39,784 bases of DNA from a virus (IMGVR_UViG_3300037462_000136:1-39784); one strand, 5' to 3'; positions 17,911 to 26,706 are shown, counted from the first letter of the stretch. A program made the numbers and translations. Notes: generated from the sequence alone by a model not told the origin.

Positions 17911-18509
17911 TCGGCGGCCTCCGCGTCAAGCGGGCGACCGCTGTTGCCGCAGCGAATGTTGGTGTTGCGCCGCAGGTAGTCGGAGCGATAGCCGTAGGTT
18001 TCGCACCACCAGCGGTCGTCGTCTGAGAGCGTGAGTTGCATCCCGGTCGTGACGAAACGCCGCACAAACCCGACGCGGAAGGCGCTCGCGATGCGCGCGG
18101 CCTCCTTGTGATATTCGCGCATGTAGTCGGCAAAAGTGCCGATCTCGATTGCCAGAAAGACGGCGTGCAGAGGCTTGCCTGTCCATTCCTGCGGAATGTG
18201 TGAGTTCGCGCCGATGATGCTGGTTGCGTAGTCGGCCGATTGCTGGATGTAGCGCCCCCAATCGCGGGGCTTTTGGGGGCGCATCTTCGCCTCAATGCCG
18301 ATCAGCGGGCCGCCGTCGAGCGCGGCCACGTAGTCGATGCGGATGATGCGGCGCGAGGCGTCGCCCGCGTGGCGCCAATGCAGCATCCGGACTTCCTTGC
18401 GCCATTCGGCGCGGCCGGCATCTGCCAGGCGCGCAAGGTGCGCTTCAAAGCGCCGGCAGAGTTCGTGCTCGTCTTTACGGGGTTCGGAGTCGTGTGCTTC
18501 CGTCTTCAA
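17907..18509 (-). CDS. Putative PD-(D/E)XK nuclease
   Basis: RIDYV...IGIEAK...Q...Y motif. Confidence 0.55.
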   Translation of the reverse strand: MKTEAHDSEPRKDEHELCRRFEAHLARLADAGRAEWRKEVRMLHWRHAGDASRRIIRIDYVAALDGGPLIGIEAKMRPQKPRDWGRYIQQSADYATSIIGANSHIPQEWTGKPLHAVFLAIEIGTFADYMREYHKEAARIASAFRVGFVRRFVTTGMQLTLSDDDRWWCETYGYRSDYLRRNTNIRCGNSGRPLDAEAAE

Positions 18510-18541
18510 GCCGTGGCTCCCTAACGGGTGTTGCGGTGGAA

Positions 18542-18582
18542 GCCCCCGCGCGTCTGGCCTGGAAAACGAGGCGCGCGGGGGC
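18542..18582 (-). terminator. GC-rich hairpin after ssb
   Basis: GCCCCCGCGCG inverted repeat; U-tract weak, so may be a processing or stability hairpin. Confidence 0.4.
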
Positions 18583-18589
18583 GGCTGGG

Positions 18590-19192
18590 TCAGAACGGGA
18601 TTTCGTCCTCAAGAACCTTTTCGGTCTTCGGCGCCGCCTGCGCGACCGGCGCGGGCGCCGAGCCGCCAAGCGCGGCGGGGCGGTCCACGAACTTCACGAT
18701 CTCGAGCAGCGGCGCGTAGTTGCGCGTCGTGCCCTTTGGCGTCTTCACTTCAACGATTCGCGTGCCAACGATCTTCAACACCGGAACCTGCGGCGCGTGC
18801 GCCTCGGTCTTGGTGTGGAGATCGTCAATCACAGAAACAACGCTCTTGGCCGTGCTAGCAAAGGTGCGCGGCTGCTCTTCGCGCGGCAGCAACACCCTGA
18901 CGCGGAAGCCGGCCTTGTGGTCGGGCGACGGCTGCGGCGGAAGCGGCGTGCCGTTCGGCACCATCCGGAAGTCCGGACCGGAAGACGGAAACGCGATCCA
19001 GCCGACTTCGATGTTCGGGAGATCGGCCACGAAAACGTCGCCCTTCTCCATGTCGAACATATCAGACACCCATTCGCCGGACTCTTCCTGCCGACGATCA
19101 ACGCGGTGCCAGCGGCCACCCTTCGCGTCGTATTGGATGCGGGCAAGGATTTCGCCGGTCGTATTGCCGCCCGGCATGTTCATGAGACCCAT
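18590..19192 (-). CDS. Single-stranded DNA-binding protein
   Basis: Acidic-aromatic C-terminus EDEIPF after Pro/Ala linker; replication operon; strong RBS. Confidence 0.65.
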   Translation of the reverse strand: MGLMNMPGGNTTGEILARIQYDAKGGRWHRVDRRQEESGEWVSDMFDMEKGDVFVADLPNIEVGWIAFPSSGPDFRMVPNGTPLPPQPSPDHKAGFRVRVLLPREEQPRTFASTAKSVVSVIDDLHTKTEAHAPQVPVLKIVGTRIVEVKTPKGTTRNYAPLLEIVKFVDRPAALGGSAPAPVAQAAPKTEKVLEDEIPF

Positions 19193-19196
19193 CGGG

Positions 19197-19499
19197 TCAA
19201 CTCCTCTCAGGAATACCCGGAACCGCCGGGCTCGGATGCGCGGGCCGCCTCGCGACCTCGCGAATTTCGTCTCGCCGCTGCGCGCAGAGCGCGAGGGCTT
19301 CGTTGATCCATGGGCGGGCGACGCCCTTGCGCATGCGTGTGCGATGCGCGTCCCATAGGTCCGCTTCGATCGGCGTCACGTCTGCCAGGCAGCGCGCCTG
19401 CGCGAGTTGGTGGCGAACGGCGTCGAGATGCATCGCAGGCGTGAACGCCAAGCCGTCGCCGTATGGGTCGGGCGCCAGGTCGGGGAGTTGCAGCGTCAT
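19197..19499 (-). CDS. Hypothetical protein
   Basis: ATGA-coupled. Confidence 0.6.
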   Translation of the reverse strand: MTLQLPDLAPDPYGDGLAFTPAMHLDAVRHQLAQARCLADVTPIEADLWDAHRTRMRKGVARPWINEALALCAQRRDEIREVARRPAHPSPAVPGIPERS

Positions 19500-19822
19500 A
19501 TGTCAAACCCCTGCGCGCGCAGGAATTCGGCGGCTTCGTCCTGCGACCGCACCACGGCGACCGGCAGCCCGTGGCGCTCGATTTCTTCATGCATCTCGAC
19601 TTGGTTGTCAGAGACGCGGCCCTTGGCGGCCTTGACTTCCAGAAACGCGACAAGCCCGCGCTGCATGCAGATGAGGTCCGGAAAGCCGGGCCGCATGCCG
19701 CGCGCCTTCATGCGTTGCGCGGTCACGGGCGACCGCTTGCCTTCGTTCGGGACGGCCACGCACAAGACGTTTGCCCAGCGGCAACGGTCGATGATGGCGC
19801 GTTGGATGAGGGCTTCAGTCAT
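19496..19822 (-). CDS. VRR-NUC nuclease
   Basis: E..IQ..I, VPNEG, GFPDL, FLEVK..KGRVSDNQ motifs. Confidence 0.9.
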   Translation of the reverse strand: MTEALIQRAIIDRCRWANVLCVAVPNEGKRSPVTAQRMKARGMRPGFPDLICMQRGLVAFLEVKAAKGRVSDNQVEMHEEIERHGLPVAVVRSQDEAAEFLRAQGFDI

Positions 19823-20156
19823 TAGCCGTCTCGTCCATTTCTAAGCGCGGCGGCTTGAGGCTTGCCCAATCGTTCGGCGCCGGCAGTTCGGGGAATTCGT
19901 CGCGCTCGCTAAGAGCCAGGGGTGGTGCGCCGGCCTGGACCATTTCTTGCGCTTGCTTCTTGAGCATCGTTGAGCGCCAGCGCCCAACACGCACAGATTG
20001 CGCCGTATATACCGCGCGCCGATCCCCTGCGCGGCGCGCTTTGACGATAATCGTTTCAACGTGGGTGGTGGTCATTTGAAAGCGCTCTGCAATCCACGCG
20101 GGGGCAAACCCCGCCGCGTATGCATTCAGAACGCGCTCATGCAGCGGCAGCCTCAT
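19815..20156 (-). CDS. Hypothetical HTH-like protein
   Basis: AYAAGFAPAWIAERFQMTTTHVETII resembles an HTH; coupled start. Confidence 0.5.
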   Translation of the reverse strand: MRLPLHERVLNAYAAGFAPAWIAERFQMTTTHVETIIVKARRAGDRRAVYTAQSVRVGRWRSTMLKKQAQEMVQAGAPPLALSERDEFPELPAPNDWASLKPPRLEMDETAND

Positions 20157-20740
20157 CGAATGGCCCTCACCCGCCCGCCGGTCGAACCTTCGTTGACGAT
20201 GCCCGTATTCGCGACGCGGCCCTTGCACGAGTGGCAAAGGCGATGCCCGATCCACTCGCTTTCAAACTCCATGGAGCAGCCCAGGCAGCGGCGCATGGCG
20301 ATTGTCGGCTTAACGTCCATGCGCGCGGCGCGGTCGAGGCGCTCGCGCTCCGTCTCGCGGGCGATAGCGGCCTCGCGCGCCTTGCGGCGTTCCTCGCCGC
20401 GCAGTTGACGATTGTCGCGGTCGTTAAGTTCGATGCCATGCTTTGCGGCAAAGGCGCGCACTTGATCGACGCTCATGTGAACCGAGCGCGCGAGGCGCCA
20501 GGTCGCATAGCCCTTATCGGCCATCGTCTGCATGCGCGCGCGGATCGCTGGCACGGTAAGGGCCGCCGGGCTGCGATAGTCGCGCGCTCCCGGCATATGG
20601 CGCCGCGCCCACTCGGCGAAGGTTGCCTTGTTGACGCCGGCCTCGGCCGCCATGGCGTGCCAGGTTTCGCGCAGTTTGGACATGCGCAGCCAGATCGCTT
20701 CGCGGCGGGCGAAGTCTTCGGCGGAGAGCGGCCCCGGCAT
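20153..20740 (-). CDS. HTH plus Zn-ribbon regulator (GcrA-like layout)
   Basis: Two HTH-like segments and RRCLGC...FESE..GHRLCHSC at C-terminus. Confidence 0.55.
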   Translation of the reverse strand: MPGPLSAEDFARREAIWLRMSKLRETWHAMAAEAGVNKATFAEWARRHMPGARDYRSPAALTVPAIRARMQTMADKGYATWRLARSVHMSVDQVRAFAAKHGIELNDRDNRQLRGEERRKAREAAIARETERERLDRAARMDVKPTIAMRRCLGCSMEFESEWIGHRLCHSCKGRVANTGIVNEGSTGGRVRAIR

Positions 20741-20988
20741 CAGCGGCGCACCGCAATGTAGGAGAAGTCGGAGGCGCCCATGCGCTTCTGGATCAGCGTG
20801 ACGCGGCCGTGCAGGTAGAGCGTCCAGGCGTCGTTCGCTTCGTCGCAGCGCATGCGCAGGGCGGGCGGCGCGAAGCCGCAGTTGCGCTCGGTCGTAGTGG
20901 CTTCGTGGCGCGCGTGCGCGAGGTCGCCGCGAAAGTAGCAGAAGGCGTCGCCGCGCTTGGCTTGCGCGGCCCATTCGACGACGGTCAT
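20740..20988 (-). CDS. Hypothetical protein
   Basis: MTVVEWAAQAKRGD..YFRG; coupled both sides. Confidence 0.55.
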   Translation of the reverse strand: MTVVEWAAQAKRGDAFCYFRGDLAHARHEATTTERNCGFAPPALRMRCDEANDAWTLYLHGRVTLIQKRMGASDFSYIAVRR

Positions 20989-21155
20989 GGGGTCATGCTC
21001 CACATGATGAAAGGACCGCACGCGGCGGCGGGAATGATTGCGAGGTCGGTTGCGAGGTCGAGCAGCGCGGCGAGTGTCGCCGCGCAAGCGGCGCGCGTGC
21101 GCTGCGTCACGGACGCGACGCGGCGCGGGGCGTCATGCTCAACGCGGGCCGTCAT
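20985..21155 (-). CDS. Small hypothetical protein (56 aa)
   Basis: ATGA overlaps with cro and the next gene; below ORF-track cutoff. Confidence 0.45.
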   Translation of the reverse strand: MTARVEHDAPRRVASVTQRTRAACAATLAALLDLATDLAIIPAAACGPFIMWSMTP

Positions 21156-21349
21156 CGCGCCCGCCCATAGAAGGAGGACGGCGAGACGTGACCCGAGGAT
21201 GCCTTGATGATCCGCTGCATCATTTCAGCGCGCGGGATGCGGTCGCCCCGCAGCCACTTGCGCACCGTCTCGGCGTTCTTGACGCCGCAGAGGCTTGCGA
21301 ACTCGCTAGGCGAGAGGTTGTTTTTGCGGAGGTAATCGGCCAAACTCAT
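21152..21349 (-). CDS. cro: Cro-like HTH repressor
   Basis: 65 aa LADYL...SEFASLCG...TVRKWLRGDRIP; divergent from cI-like gene. Confidence 0.8.
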   Translation of the reverse strand: MSLADYLRKNNLSPSEFASLCGVKNAETVRKWLRGDRIPRAEMMQRIIKASSGHVSPSSFYGRAR

Positions 21350-21355
21350 GGGCCT

Positions 21356-21402
21356 ATCCTACGCACCAAAATGGTGTGCGGTCAACCGCCATCTTGGGGC
21401 GT
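21356..21402 (-). promoter_or_regulatory. pR-like promoter with operators
   Basis: TTGACC-18-TAGGAT, 6 nt before cro ATG (leaderless); palindrome CGCACCA-AAA-TGGTGTG in spacer; weaker copy at 21385-21402. Confidence 0.7.
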
Positions 21403-21436
21403 GACGTATGCCGCAGGCGATAGTGCCCTGCGCCGC

Positions 21437-21700
21437 ATGGAAGAAGCAGCCAACAAAATCCGAGAGGCTTTCGCGCATCGCCTGGCGGTGGCGCGAGAGA
21501 GTTACGCGCAGCGGGTCGGCCAGCCCGGCATGACGGCGGGCGAGTTTGCGAAGCTGCTAGGGCTCGACGCCGAGCGGTATCGGAAATACGAGCGCGGCGA
21601 GCGCGAGCCGCCGTTCTGGGTTCTGGCCAAGATCGCCAGTTTGACGGGCTTCGGCCCTGATTTCCTTATTCTAGGCGCCCCGCCGAGCCGCGCGGCGTAA
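21437..21700 (+). CDS. CI-like XRE repressor, HTH only (87 aa)
   Basis: MTAGEFAKLLGLDAERYRKYERGEREP...PDFLILG; no S24 peptidase domain. Confidence 0.8.
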   Translation: MEEAANKIREAFAHRLAVARESYAQRVGQPGMTAGEFAKLLGLDAERYRKYERGEREPPFWVLAKIASLTGFGPDFLILGAPPSRAA

Positions 21701-21751
21701 CGCCTCCGAACATTAAATCTGAGCGAGGATGAGAACGCGCGGGGAACGCCG

Positions 21752-21797
21752 CGCACCATTTTGTCGTTGACAGGCACACCAATTTGGTGCGTATGAT
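21752..21797 (+). promoter_or_regulatory. pL-like promoter with operators
   Basis: TTGACA-19-TATGAT; CACACCAATTTGGTGCGT (21775-21792) is 17/18 identical to the reverse complement of the pR operator; partial site at 21752. Confidence 0.7.
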
Positions 21798-21827
21798 CCG
21801 GCCACCAACGAAGGAGGTAGCCCGGCA

Positions 21828-21947
21828 ATGCCGAAGATCATCGAACGCGGCGGCTGGTGGTGGGTGGTCGAAGGCGACCGCTTCCGCATGTTCGCCTTTC
21901 CCTCGCGCTCCTGCGCGCTGGCAACCCTCGCGGCGGCGGAGGGCTGA
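21828..21947 (+). CDS. First early gene, 39 aa (MPKIIERGGWWWVVEG...)
   Basis: Strong RBS AAGGAGG; absent from ORF track. Confidence 0.6.
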   Translation: MPKIIERGGWWWVVEGDRFRMFAFPSRSCALATLAAAEG

Positions 21948-21950
21948 GCG

Positions 21951-22679
21951 ATGCCGCATTTCCAGATTAAGCACCGCTGGACGGGTGCCGTCCTGTTTGA
22001 GGGCAATTTCGACACGATGGCGGGTTGCGTCGAGGCGGCGATAAGGACGCGCGTCGACCTCGCGGGCGCCGTTTTCGCGGGCGCCGAACTCGTGCGCGCC
22101 CGGCTCGTGGACGCCAACCTCGCGGGCGCCAACCTCGCGGACGCCAACCTCGTGCGCGCCGACCTCGCGGGCGCCAACCTCGTGGGCGCCAATCTCGCGG
22201 GCGCCAAACTCGTGCACGCCCGGCTCGTGGCCGCCAACCTCGCGGGCGCCGACCTCGCGGGCGCCGACCTCGCGGGCGCCGAACTCGTGCGCGCCCGGCT
22301 CGTGGACGCCAACCTCGTGCGCGCCGACCTCGCGAGCGCCAACCTCGTGCGCGCCGACCTCGCGGGCGCCAACCTCGCGGGCGCCAATCTCGCGGGCGCC
22401 AACCTCGCGCTGGCCAAATGGAAAGAAGGCTACACTTTGCGGCGCGCGCCCGTCCGCACCGCGCAGCGCGGCGACGGCTACACGTTTTACCTGCTCGACA
22501 CCGAAGAAGGTGGCTGGCGCATCAGTGCGGGCTGCCGGTTCTTTACGCCCGAGGAAGCATGGGCGCATTGGGAGCGCACGCGCCCGGAAGACGGCCCCGG
22601 CACGCTCGGCGCTGAGACGCGCGACATACTGACCATGTTCGAACTCGCGATAGAGCGGGAGGCGCGCAATGCTCCCTGA
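21951..22679 (+). CDS. Pentapeptide-repeat protein
   Basis: About 23 A(D/N)L(A/V)(G/R) repeats encoded by 15-bp tandem units, plus C-terminal ISAGCRFFT..EA..HW domain. Confidence 0.9.
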   Translation: MPHFQIKHRWTGAVLFEGNFDTMAGCVEAAIRTRVDLAGAVFAGAELVRARLVDANLAGANLADANLVRADLAGANLVGANLAGAKLVHARLVAANLAGADLAGADLAGAELVRARLVDANLVRADLASANLVRADLAGANLAGANLAGANLALAKWKEGYTLRRAPVRTAQRGDGYTFYLLDTEEGGWRISAGCRFFTPEEAWAHWERTRPEDGPGTLGAETRDILTMFELAIEREARNAP

Positions 22680-22860
22680 CCACATCGCCGCGCTGCAAAG
22701 CGCGCTCGACAACCGCCTGGCCGAAGCCATGGCGTTCGGCCTGTCGCAGTCGCCGGATGCCGTGGCCGCCTGGCACCGCGTCGCCGCGACGCAACTTTCC
22801 CTCAACGCCGCGCTGGCGCTCGACATGCAGCGCCGGCCGTTTCCGCGAAAGGTCGCGTGA
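22669..22860 (+). CDS. Hypothetical early protein
   Basis: RBS GGAGG, coupled. Confidence 0.6.
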   Translation: MLPDHIAALQSALDNRLAEAMAFGLSQSPDAVAAWHRVAATQLSLNAALALDMQRRPFPRKVA

Positions 22861-23222
22861 TGCCCATTCAGCCCCTTCTCCCGACCATCCCGCCACTCCC
22901 GCCGAGGCTCGAAATGCCGAACGAACTGGAGCAGCTTTTCGACACCCTCCACGCGGACGGGATGCGTGACCATCCCGATCTGGATTGGCTGCTTCGCCTG
23001 CATCGCGAAGCGGACAGGTTTCTGTCCGTCATCTGCGAAGTGGCAGTGAACGCCGACCGCAAGGAAGTCCGCGAGGCGCTTTGCGAACGCGGCGGCGTCA
23101 AAGATGCCGTGGAAGACGGGCTGATTGCGCTCACGGTCGCTTGCCAGCGTTGGGCCGAGGGCCACAACGAACGGCGGCACGGCGGGCGGCTGGACTTCCA
23201 GCGCTGGGCGCGGGAGGAATGA
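22857..23222 (+). CDS. Hypothetical early protein
   Basis: Coupled in early operon. Confidence 0.6.
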   Translation: MMPIQPLLPTIPPLPPRLEMPNELEQLFDTLHADGMRDHPDLDWLLRLHREADRFLSVICEVAVNADRKEVREALCERGGVKDAVEDGLIALTVACQRWAEGHNERRHGGRLDFQRWAREE

Positions 23223-23521
23223 CGATGACGACGAAGCACACGCCGGGGCCGTGGACGAGCGACGAGCACGAACACGATGAACCCTATCAGCCTATTCGCA
23301 TCCGCGCCGCGGGGCGAACCCTTTGCAAGATATGGCTTGATGACGCGCCTGTTCACGATTTCAACGCCGAGCAGCGCGCCAACGCCCGCCTCATCGCCGC
23401 CGCGCCTGAGATGCTGAATGCGCTGCACAAGGCTGAGCAGCAACTTGACTACGGGCAATTCGATGCCGCGCAAGATGTCTTGCGCGCCGCCATCGCCAAG
23501 GCTGAAGGACGCGGCGAATGA
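23219..23521 (+). CDS. Phage early protein, HTPGPW / ANARLIAAAP family
   Basis: KHTPGPW and ANARLIAAAPEML motifs common in temperate phage early genes. Confidence 0.75.
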   Translation: MTMTTKHTPGPWTSDEHEHDEPYQPIRIRAAGRTLCKIWLDDAPVHDFNAEQRANARLIAAAPEMLNALHKAEQQLDYGQFDAAQDVLRAAIAKAEGRGE

Positions 23522-23766
23522 TCCGCGCCCTCTCCCCCGCCGAGCAGGCATCGCGCGGCCTGTCGCGCTGCCTTGCGGACCTCGCCGACCGCGCCGCGAC
23601 GATCCACGGCCCGGAGGCTTACGCGGTCGGGACCGCAGAACACCCGGTCTTCGGGCGCTTCTGGGTCGTGGCCGGCAACGGCCATCGGTTCATCACCACG
23701 AACGAAGGCGACGCGGCGACGCTGCGCGCGGCGTTCGATTTGATCAGGGAGGTTGCGGGGCGATGA
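23518..23766 (+). CDS. Hypothetical early protein
   Basis: ATGA-coupled. Confidence 0.6.
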   Translation: MIRALSPAEQASRGLSRCLADLADRAATIHGPEAYAVGTAEHPVFGRFWVVAGNGHRFITTNEGDAATLRAAFDLIREVAGR

Positions 23767-23990
23767 GCGAAATCAACCCATTTGCAATGCTGCAACTGTA
23801 TCGCGAGCGAAGCGCGCCGTTTGATGACGAACAGGTCCGGCTGTTCCGCAAGATGCCCGACAAAGATCGCGATGAACTTGTTTTCCGTATGGCGCTCTCC
23901 CTCGGGGGGATCATGTCTGAAATCCGCGCCGGCAAGCACGCCGACAACATGGACGACGCGCGCCGTAACGCGCGGGGCGGTGACGCATGA
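23763..23990 (+). CDS. Hypothetical early protein (MSEINPF...)
   Basis: ATGA-coupled. Confidence 0.6.
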   Translation: MSEINPFAMLQLYRERSAPFDDEQVRLFRKMPDKDRDELVFRMALSLGGIMSEIRAGKHADNMDDARRNARGGDA

Positions 23991-24232
23991 CCGTGATCTG
24001 TTGGGACGAAGCCCGCCAGCGTCCGCGCCCGCCGCGCGACGCGCTGCGCGACGACGCGGAGACGCTCGCGCAGTTGACCCGCATTGCGATGATCGCGGAG
24101 CAGCTGATCGAAGCGGCGCAGGGTCACGCGGTCAACGCCGCCGTTGTGCGGATGGACGCGGCGAAGATTGCGAGGATCGCGACCGAGACGCGCAAGGCGT
24201 TGGTCGCCAGGCATAGGGAGGTCGGACAGTGA
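23987..24232 (+). CDS. Hypothetical early protein
   Basis: ATGA-coupled. Confidence 0.6.
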   Translation: MTVICWDEARQRPRPPRDALRDDAETLAQLTRIAMIAEQLIEAAQGHAVNAAVVRMDAAKIARIATETRKALVARHREVGQ

Positions 24233-24603
24233 CCGAGATCGACACCAGCGCGGAGGAAGTCGAGCGCCTTTGCCACAACCTTGAGGTGGCGCACCGAGCG
24301 GGCGATGGCGACGAGGACTTGCCAAGCGCCGCCGCCACCCTGCGCGCGCTCGTCGGTGATCGCGACGAACTCCGCGCAATGGTGCTGGCGCAGCGCGAGC
24401 AAGCCGAGGAAGGCGCCGCAGCCAACGCTGCGCTGGCTGCCGACCGCGACCGCCTCGCCGCGCGCGTCGAGGAGTTGGAGGAGGCTTTGCGCCAGATTTC
24501 GGAAGAACGTAGCGCAAGTATTATCGCAAGCCCTTGGAAAGAGTTGGAGCGACTTGCCTCACTGGCAGAACGCGCCCTCGCCGGGGGCGCGCGCGATGAG
24601 TGA
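24229..24603 (+). CDS. Coiled-coil early protein
   Basis: GTGA-coupled, RBS GGAGG; AAATLRAL...RVEELEEAL. Confidence 0.65.
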   Translation: MTEIDTSAEEVERLCHNLEVAHRAGDGDEDLPSAAATLRALVGDRDELRAMVLAQREQAEEGAAANAALAADRDRLAARVEELEEALRQISEERSASIIASPWKELERLASLAERALAGGARDE

Positions 24604-24889
24604 CCGCTACACCGCAATGAACATGGACACGCACGGCGAGGTCTGGGATCGCCACCAGCAGCGCATGGTGTCCCGCCACGCCCTGATCCGCGACGCCGAG
24701 GTCGAGGCCGCGCGGCTGAACGCAGAGGCGCCGAGGCGGGCGGCGGCTGTGGAGGCGTGGGCGCGCGTCTCCCATGGTGAAATCCGCGCTGCCTCCGTGC
24801 ATTGGTCGAAGGAGGAGGCAGCAAAGGACGCCAGCGCTTTTCTTGGCGACCGCATCGCGCGCGTGCGCATCGAGGAGATTGACGAATGA
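24596..24889 (+). CDS. Hypothetical early protein
   Basis: Overlapping start, coupled. Confidence 0.55.
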   Translation: MSDRYTAMNMDTHGEVWDRHQQRMVSRHALIRDAEVEAARLNAEAPRRAAAVEAWARVSHGEIRAASVHWSKEEAAKDASAFLGDRIARVRIEEIDE

Positions 24890-25293
24890 CCGATGATCCG
24901 AACGGCTGGCCCGACGCCAGCAAGCCGGGCGTGCCGCTACATCCGGAAAGGGATGGCACTCACTGGGTCAGCAATACGCCACGCGGATGGTTGGCTAATC
25001 TCCAGATGTGGCACGACATATATGGCTACTGTGTGCCGCCAGCAGCGTGGGGCGTGTTGCCGTATGGCGGCCCCTGCCTCACCCCCGCCGAGGTCGCCGC
25101 GCGCGTCGCGGAGTTGGAGGCGCGCAACGCTTGGCTTGAGCAAATCCGCGAAGGCGCAGGCCGGGCGCTGTGTGAAGTAGACGGCATCGATCCCGACGAC
25201 GTGATCGCAGACGGCGGCCATGTCGCGTGGGAGATGCACGTCTATCAGCGGGCGCACGCCGCCCTCGCCAGGAGCAAGAACGATGACCGATGA
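24886..25293 (+). CDS. Early protein, MTDDPNGWPD paralogue 1
   Basis: RBS GAGGAG; shares N-terminal domain with 25283-25912. Confidence 0.7.
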   Translation: MTDDPNGWPDASKPGVPLHPERDGTHWVSNTPRGWLANLQMWHDIYGYCVPPAAWGVLPYGGPCLTPAEVAARVAELEARNAWLEQIREGAGRALCEVDGIDPDDVIADGGHVAWEMHVYQRAHAALARSKNDDR

Positions 25294-25912
25294 TCCGAAC
25301 GGCTGGCCCGATCCGGCGCGGCCGGGCGTGCCGCTGAACCCGGAGCGGGACGGGCATCACTGGTGCTGCGTCTATCCCAGCCTGCCGTTCCCTATCGTGT
25401 GGCGGCATGATGGGATCGGCTTTTGCTGGGACAACGGTTACTCGCCTGAACAGGCCGCGAAACACTGGCGCTACCTCGGCCCCTGCCTCACCCCCGCCGA
25501 GGTCCAGGCGCACTCGGCCGCAGCGGCGGCAGAGATGCGGGAGGCGTGTGCGAAGATTGTCGATGCGCACGCCGCCGCAGCAAAACGATGCTCAGAGGAA
25601 GGCGATGTTATCTACCGCATCCGGGCAGAGTTTCTTGCGAACTCATATGCAATCACACAGGCTGCCAATGATGTGCGCGTGACGCCCCTCCCCGCCCCCG
25701 ACGCCCTCGCCCGGATGCTCGCCGAGGCCAAGCGCGCGGGGATGGATCAGGCGGCGAAGTGGCACGATGAGCAGGCTGCGTATTGCTCTAAACGCGCAGC
25801 CGAGCGCATGGCCGAAGGTCATCGAAGCGCATTCGGCGCCCTCAAGACTGTTCAGGCCACTCATGAAAACAGCGCCGCCGCCATCCGCGCGCGCATGGAG
25901 GACATGGCATGA
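25283..25912 (+). CDS. Early protein, MTDDPNGWPD paralogue 2
   Basis: RBS AGGAG; shared N-terminal domain; MREACAKI and AAAIRA motifs. Confidence 0.7.
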   Translation: MTDDPNGWPDPARPGVPLNPERDGHHWCCVYPSLPFPIVWRHDGIGFCWDNGYSPEQAAKHWRYLGPCLTPAEVQAHSAAAAAEMREACAKIVDAHAAAAKRCSEEGDVIYRIRAEFLANSYAITQAANDVRVTPLPAPDALARMLAEAKRAGMDQAAKWHDEQAAYCSKRAAERMAEGHRSAFGALKTVQATHENSAAAIRARMEDMA

Positions 25913-26271
25913 CCCGCGCTGAATTGCTCGCGCTGGCCGAGCGTGTGGAGAAGGCGCAGGCTGACCAGCAAGCCGCGATCATGTATGAAGTCGTGACCGC
26001 GCTTCATCTCTACTCGACGTTTTTCCGGCTGGTGGATCAGCGCGCGTTCCTAGAGATCGCCGCGTCGCTGGTGCCGGATTGGATTGAGGGGTGGGTTGCA
26101 AGTTTTGACGCCGAAAGCCGCAGCGGCGTAACGACGATCTGGGGCGGCACGCAAAAGCGTCGGGGGATGCCGCGCAAGCGACTGTCTTGCGTGGCAACTG
26201 CCGCCACCCCCGCGCTCGCACTCACCGCCGCCGCGCTGCGCGCCATGGCGGAGGAGGCGGGGGATGAGTGA
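25909..26271 (+). CDS. Hypothetical early protein
   Basis: LLALAERVE...AATPALALTAAALRA pattern; coupled. Confidence 0.65.
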   Translation: MTRAELLALAERVEKAQADQQAAIMYEVVTALHLYSTFFRLVDQRAFLEIAASLVPDWIEGWVASFDAESRSGVTTIWGGTQKRRGMPRKRLSCVATAATPALALTAAALRAMAEEAGDE

Positions 26272-26437
26272 CGACGAAAAGCCCGCGCGCATCATTGTGT
26301 GCCAAGGGCCGCCGCGCTGCGATCTGCGCGGGAAAGATGCAGTAGCCGCGCAAGCTGCGGGCTGCCCATTTTGCCGCGTGCTTCAGGTAACCGAGCGCGA
26401 CGATTTGATTACGATCAGCAAGCCGGGGGAGGCGTGA
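26264..26437 (+). CDS. 57-aa Cys-containing protein
   Basis: RBS GGAGG; CQGPPRC and CPFC; fills the gap exactly; absent from ORF track. Confidence 0.55.
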   Translation: MSDDEKPARIIVCQGPPRCDLRGKDAVAAQAAGCPFCRVLQVTERDDLITISKPGEA

Positions 26438-26439
26438 GG

Positions 26440-26706
26440 ATGACTGAACCCACGATCAAGGCCGCGCTTGAGGCTGCGGCGAAGCAATTCTGCATCTGCG
26501 ATGGCGAGTGTTTCGAGACGCGCCACGGCATGATGAACGGGCCGTGCGAGGCGATGATCGGTCAGGCCGCCACAGCCATCGCCGCGTTCCTGCGCGCGCT
26601 GCCTATGTATTTTGAGGTTCCACATGACAGCGGCAGCACATGGGGCGCCGACTGGCGCATCCTCGCCGCCGCCGTCGAGCGCACAGCGCGGGAGGGCGGG
26701 GGATGA
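26440..26706 (+). CDS. Hypothetical early protein
   Basis: RBS GGAGG before MTEPTIK. Confidence 0.6.
   Translation: MTEPTIKAALEAAAKQFCICDGECFETRHGMMNGPCEAMIGQAATAIAAFLRALPMYFEVPHDSGSTWGADWRILAAAVERTAREGGG

Noticed and set aside
22050-22415. Tandem repeats as a CRISPR array
   Set aside because: Contiguous 15-bp in-frame coding units with no unique spacers and no cas genes
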